Assembly (NCBI RefSeq): GCF_006345805.1
Contig: NC_043001.1
Span: forward strand, 61,690,001-61,754,000
Source: Octopus sinensis
Taxonomy: Eukaryota
Direction of reading: 5' to 3'
Length of the DNA stretch: 64,000 bases
Shown: piece after piece, positions 57,513 through 64,000 of the stretch
How positions within the stretch are numbered: position 1 is the stretch's first letter
Layout of the letters: each line of letters starts with the position of its first letter
Translations under genes and position numbers: made by a program
Notes under the pieces: generated by a model
The model's database searches: none
Told to the model about the DNA's origin: nothing
What the model saw: only the letters and a program-made list of their open reading frames with translations

Positions 57513-58042
57513 GCACACTCATATGTATATACATTATATGCATATATATAAGCATATATATATAAACACATATATATAATCATACATACATATACACACA
57601 AATATATATACACATATATATATACATATTTATATACATACAATTACATATATGCACATATATATATATATACATATATATATACATAAAATTATATATA
57701 TGCACACAAATATATATATACATATTTATATACATACAAATATACATATACATATAAATATATATACATATATATACTTATATACATAGACATATAAATG
57801 GACATGCATATATATATATAGACATATATATATAAATATATATATAGACATAAATATAAATATATATATATAGATACATAGATATAAATATATAGATACA
57901 TAAATATACATATATATATAGATAGATAGATATAAATATAAATATATATATAGAAATAGACATATAAATATAAATATATATATATACATATATAAATATA
58001 AATATATAGATATATAAATATATATAGATATATGAATATAAA

Positions 58043-58105
<63 letters not shown>

Positions 58106-58249
58106 TATATATAGATGGATAGATAGATAGATAGATAGATAGATGATAAATATAAATATATACATATAGATATATAAATATAATATATATATAGATATAA
58201 ATATAAATTATATATATATATATATAAATATATATATAAATATATTATA

Positions 58250-58280
<31 letters not shown>

Positions 58281-58400
58281 AGATATATATAGATATATAA
58301 ATATAATATAATATATAGATAGATAGACATATAAATATAAATATATATATATAAATATAAGTATAAATATATAGATATATAAATATAAATATATATATAG

Positions 58401-58433
<33 letters not shown>

Positions 58434-58435
58434 TA

Positions 58436-58467
<32 letters not shown>

Positions 58468-58640
58468 TAAAATATAAATATATATATATATATAGATAGA
58501 CATATAAATATAAATATATACATATATAAATATAGATATATATATATAGATATATATATATAAATAGATATATATAGATATACAAATATAAATATATAGA
58601 TATATAGATATATAAATATAATATAGATATATATATATAT
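57431..58640. repeat. ~1.2 kb degenerate (TA)n/(TAGA)/(TAAA) low-complexity tract
   Basis: Direct reading; it is the source of the poly-IY ORFs. Confidence 0.95.
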
Positions 58641-61600
58641 ATAGAAAATAGTAAAAAGTGAAAAACTACTGAAGGCTTGTTTTAAAAAGTTAAAAAATAT
58701 ATTTGAGTCATTATGTCAGAAGAATGTTGTAAAATTCTTTCATACAGTGACATAGTTTTTGAAGAAATTACCGGTTTTGCGTTAACTTTTCAAATTACTC
58801 AAAACATCGTGTTATGTCTTCGTTATGAAGTGTAAAGAAGAGTTCCAGGTAAGGGGAGGTAATTAGTGATTTCTTCCGGTGTAAGTGAGATAATCGCTTT
58901 ATATTTCTTGTCCTATTTATTTAATGGGGTGAGTTTCTCTGTATAAGAATGTTAGAGTGGTTAAGTTTGAGCTTATATTTTTCAATGAAGAATGTTTCCT
59001 TGTTTAGTCTATTTTGTGTTGGTATTCCAATAGCACATTGATAAAATGGAAAGATTAAAAATTGTGGTAGTAGTTGCTTTGCGCATTTCTCAATATGCTC
59101 ACTAAAGGGTATCATTCTGTATTCTAGGAATGCAATCTGTTGTCGATGCAGTATGCATCTACGTCTGAGTGATAGACCCGTGGACCCCACGTAGTTTTGG
59201 TGGCAGTCCGAGCATCTTATGACATAAATTATGTTTTCAGAAGCACAAGTAAAATTAGATTTGATCTTGAATTTTTGTCCCACTTTGAAGAGGAATTCTG
59301 ATCCTTCTAGTAGGTTTGGACACGTTGCGCAGTTTGGTCTACCACATTTTTTTACTTTTGCATCCGTAATTTCAGAAAACAATTTTGCCTTTGTGAGAAT
59401 CTTTTTTAGTGATTTAGGTTGTTTGTAGCTTTTAATGATTTTATGTATGTTTAGTATTTTCTTTAATTTGGGGTCCTTATGAAGTATTGGTAAATTCTGG
59501 GTGATGATGGTGAAGGCTTCTTTGTTTCTGGGGTTGTATGTGGATATGTAAGGCAGTATTTTCGGGGAAGGTGTGTTGTTGTGTTGAATTTTTCTCAAAG
59601 TTTCTATGTCGATTTCTGTTGCACGTCTGATCCCATCCTCTATGAGTTGAGCTGGGTAGTGTCTGTCAATTAGGGTGTTTTTGAGTTCTTGTAGTCTAAA
59701 GTTCCTGGTATTTTGTTCTGATACTATTGTGCATATCCTTCTTGCAAGGTTGAGAGGGATGTTTGTTTTAGTGTGTCTTCGGTGGCATGAATCAAAAAGT
59801 ATGTATTGTTTAGCGTCTGTGGCTTTGTAAAAAATGTCTGTTTCTATTTTAAGGTTAATTTTTTAATTTAGTATATCTAAGAATGGAAGCTCCTTTTGGT
59901 TGTATTCCATTGTGAACTGTATATTTGGGTTGATGCTGTTCAATAGGTTTTTGAGTTTTAGGAGTTTATCTGTGTTTTCATTCCATAGTATAAAACAATC
60001 GTCCAGGAATCGTTTCCAATTCTCTTTTATGTATTGAGAGGGGGGGTTTCCAAAGGTCGATAAAGATTCCTGGTAAACAATTATTTCCAGGTAGCCCATT
60101 GTTAGGTTCGCAATGACTGGTGCTGCCCTTGTACCCATAGCAATTCCGGATTTTTGACGGTAAAATGTATTGTCAAACATGAAGTGGTTATTATGTAGGA
60201 TGAATTCAACCGATTTAGTAATGAATTCTTTACTGATCCTTTTTGGTATTTCTTCCGGAAATTGGTCCAGCCAGAACTGTATTGCCTCTAGTCCATAATT
60301 ATGAGGTATACTGGTATATAAATTAACTACATCAAATGAAACCATGATTGTTTCTTCCTTGACTTTTTTGGGAAGGTGGTTTAACATATCCAAGTCATCT
60401 CTGATATGACTATCGATATGTTTAAGGAAGGGTTTCAAGAGGATGTCCATAAATAGACTTAATCTGTGTGTTTCACAGGTTGGGCCAGCTACAATGGGTC
60501 GTAGTTTTAGGTCCCCCGGGTTAGGTGTGTGTATGTATGTCTTTGGTGATTTTTTAATGGTTTCATTTATAATTTGGCTTTTATGTATTTTTGGCAGACC
60601 ATAGGCTTGCATTTAAAGTTTGTTAGAAAGTCAATCTCTTTGGTTGTTAGTTCCTTTTCATGGGTTTTAATTAGTGCAGATAGTTTTCATTATTTTTTGC
60701 GGAGTGTAGTTGGTGATTTTTTCATAATGTTGATTGTCATCAAGCAAGGAAATTACAAGATTTCTATAGTATGATGTATCCATTATTACAACTGCACTTC
60801 CTTTGTCTGCTTCCTTAATGGTTATATCTTCATCATTTTGAATTTCTATCAGTTCCTTCCATTGTGCAGTGTTAAAATTTGAGTTAACTGTCTGTTTATC
60901 TATAGTATGGTAGGGAAAGTTCTCAATGTGGCTGCAGAACTCGTCAAGATCTTTATTTCTTCCTCTGTGGGGGATGTGTTCACTTTTGTTCTTGACTAGT
61001 GATTCATCTTCAGTATTGAAACTGGTTGATGCTTCTGCTAGTCTTAATTTTCTGCAGAATTCTGTTATATTATCCTTGATTTCATTTAGGTTGGCTCTGC
61101 GTGGAGTTGGCGTAAATTTGAGCCCTTTTGAGATGATGTCAATTTTTATGTTAGAGAGAGGTTTGTTTGAAAGGTTGATTATCTTTGGTTTTTCCTTATT
61201 ACTAGGTTCCAGCCTGTGTCCTGGTGTCTCTGGTCCCGGGCTAAACAATGTTGGGTGTAATTTTGTTTGTATGAGTTGTCTGTGAGGTTGTGCGATATTG
61301 GTTCGGGGGAAAGGTGGTATTGTTGCCCCCGATTGTTGTGTGTGTGTGGGAATCTATGGTTGTTTTCGTTTGTAGTGTGTGTAAAATTTCTGTATGTGAT
61401 ATAGTTTTGTTTCGAACTGCTTGTATGTGGGATGTTGCTTGACATAGTGTTTTTTTGCGTTTGCCTTGTGTTCAGTGGGGACCAGTAATTTTGGTTCATG
61501 GGGTAGTAGCGACTTGTGTGTGGTGTATTTCTTATTCTAGTGTTATTTTGTGCTGCTATGTGGTGGTTGGGTCTGGTATTAGGATGTTGTTGGTGTGTTC

Positions 61601-61850
61601 TGTTCTTGGTGTAATCTCTTTCATAGACGCGTTGTCTATCAGCTTGTTCCCTGTTAAGTCTTGCGTGGTTCGAAAGTCGCTACTACTCCATGAACCAAAA
61701 TTACTGGTCCCCACCGAACACAAGACAAACGCAAAAAAACACTAAGTCAAGCAACACCCCACATACAAGCAATTCGAAACAAAACTATATCACATACAGA
61801 AATTTTACACACACCACAAACTAAAACAACCATAGATTTCCATAGATTCC
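58641..61850 (-). mobile_element. Neptune-like PLE, frameshifted, with 5' fold-back inversion
   Basis: NLSNKPLS..KGLKFTPTP, KEADKGSAVV, YGLPKIHK, GIAMGTRAAP, FLDDCF, PFLD, KCGRPNCATC linker, IYVIRC..C..YVGSTG. Confidence 0.9.
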
Positions 61851-62299
61851 CCATAGATTGCCAATTATATCAAATCCAAGAATTGACTGGATCTGAAAGC
61901 AACAATTTCGAAATATGGAATGTCATTCCCACATAATATATGAAACTTAATGAAAAATAATATAATCATTTTATCTCAGTATTTAAAAGACATCAAACAT
62001 CCCCATGCTTACAGAGGACTTTAATTTGGGAAAGTTAATATCTACTCCCTCACTTACTCATAGTTTCACCGCATTCATCGAGATGATGTTTGGAGAATGT
62101 GTTCCAGCGTAGTTTCAAACCTATAGGCGGCCGTTGTCGGCATTAAAGTCTATAACTCTCTTTGACCTACCTCTTCATCAGAACAGTTGAGTATCGTGTT
62201 GCTGGGACACCGTTCACATATGCCTAGAATCGATTAGCAAGACCCTTTCTTATTCCGTCAATGACCGTATTGTAGCTTTGTTGCCGACGCAGAATTTTA

Positions 62300-63260
62300 G
62301 AGGGGGTAGTATAGCCCATTCTATGCTAAAAGACGAGTATTTCTGCAGATGACTTGTCACTTTCTGAAGACAAATGTAACAATTTAAATTACTGGGCCGA
62401 GAACGTTGACAGAATTATCGAGACGACGTACAAGAATCTCATTTTTGCCATAAAAGTCGGGTTCACCATATGACAGATCATCAGCGTAATCAAGAATACA
62501 CAGGAAGAACTTAACAAAATTAAGAAGAAAACATCAAGGATATCGTTGAGAATCTAGAGTTAGCCGTTCGCAGATTGTATTTCAACGGAAAGAATAGAAG
62601 AGTATGTATAAGCGTAGATGACTGGTTAGAAGTAGAAGTAGAGAGTTGACTAAAGAAAGATAAAACGATTAATTTTTGGAGCTGAAAACAAACGATACAA
62701 TCAAAGAATTTACTTATTAAATTTAGTAATTTTGAAATTACTAAATGGTATGGAGATCAGAAAACATTTCAAAAGTCAAAGAGAATTTCGAAGAGATCGA
62801 AAGCCTGATCATAGCTACATCAATAAACCAGGGTTAATACATATTAGAAAACATTAATAAAGAGGACAACAACTCTACATGTAGATTCTGTGATGAAAAG
62901 ACAGACACTGTTGCAAATGTAATTTCAAAATATAAAATGCTTACTGCGAGGGTTTATAAGAACGGGAGACATGACAAAATAATATCAATCATGCATTAGT
63001 GTTTCTATAAAAAGAAAGTGTAAAAAGTTAGTATGACTATAATTCAGAAGACGTCGTAGAAATCAACCACATAAAAGTACGGATAATGAAAATTCAATCA
63101 ATGTTGAAAAGAGATCATTCAAGCCCATATATTGTATTAAATAAAGAACTTGAGAATGTGTTACTTCACTGGTGTGAGGAAGTAGAAAAATTCCAAGATT
63201 GAAAATACAACCATCAAAAGATCTGAGATTGCCATCAAGTTTTCATTGGCGCAACTGTAG
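62300..63260 (+). pseudogene. Highly degenerate R4-like RT/RLE fragment
   Basis: Remnants of NYWA, RLYF..KNRRV, IIATSINQG, CRFCDE.TDT and RHDKII in R4 order. Confidence 0.6.
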
Positions 63261-64000
63261 TCGGAGCTTTAGGATGAGTTAGTTGTACCTCTTAAGTCAT
63301 CAATAGTAATGCTTACATAGTAAACCAATTAGATTATGTTTTCGCTTCCGTCTACTAAACAATTGCATTCTCGTTTATTAACGTTGCAACTTTGATTAAT
63401 TAACATTGTGCACCAAATCTGCTTGAATCAAAATAGAATGAACCTATCTGTATAGAATGGCGTTATGAACATAGATGAATTTTTAAACAAGGTGTACTAA
63501 AAGAGAAAACAACTCACTATAATTTAATGCCTTTTACGTAAGTATTAAAGTATATATCCCATCATATATATAATTTTCGTTTTAGTTTCCATCAAGAGAA
63601 GAGGTTTAACATGAATAAATTGTGGACAGTGCAATTCCACTTAAAACTATACAAATTAGATTTTAGTTTGTATTTAGCAATTGTAAAATATACTGTTCTA
63701 AATTCGCTTTCTCTTGATGCTTTCTTCTAAACATGCGCCAAAAACAAACATCAATTTAAGTAATGCAAATTTGCTTTAATTCATTTCAGCTTGTCAATGC
63801 TTGCATTCAATTTAGAAAGGAAAACCAATTTCAGAATATTATAATCCTTCTCCTTCTGTGTAGGTGACAAGTTTGATAAATCGATAACATTGCGTTAAGT
63901 ACGAATTCCTCAATCCCGTCAATTTATCTTCTAATTACAATATTTACTAATTCTTTTTTTTTTATCTAGCTGCTTTTCATTTCCATTTGTTTAATGTGTA

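Overview
AT-rich, microsatellite-dense eukaryotic DNA. The SINE and repeat repertoire looks like a cephalopod (Octopus-like) genome; this is inference, not a database match. No host-gene exon was recognised, and most ORF-track entries are translations of (TA)n/(CA)n/(AAT)n tracts. The window is a nest of mobile elements: several Penelope-like elements (PLEs, including one apparently intact Naiad-type copy), R4/Dong-like and RTE LINEs, mariner/Tc1 copies, MITEs, Helitron derivatives and SINEs. The main find is a ~6.95 kb head-to-tail array of a ~600 bp non-coding unit (19889-26841, with one more unit at 28447-29057). Each unit carries, on the minus strand, a complete type I hammerhead ribozyme with a canonical core, a GUC cleavage site, a palindromic stem III and an unusually long (76 nt) stem II. 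The array sits in a (TA)n tract, is terminally redundant and is bracketed by 14 bp inverted flanks. It is a candidate retrozyme-like, circular-RNA-forming element probably mobilised by PLEs. All ribozyme calls are manual base-pairing only and were not computed or tested.
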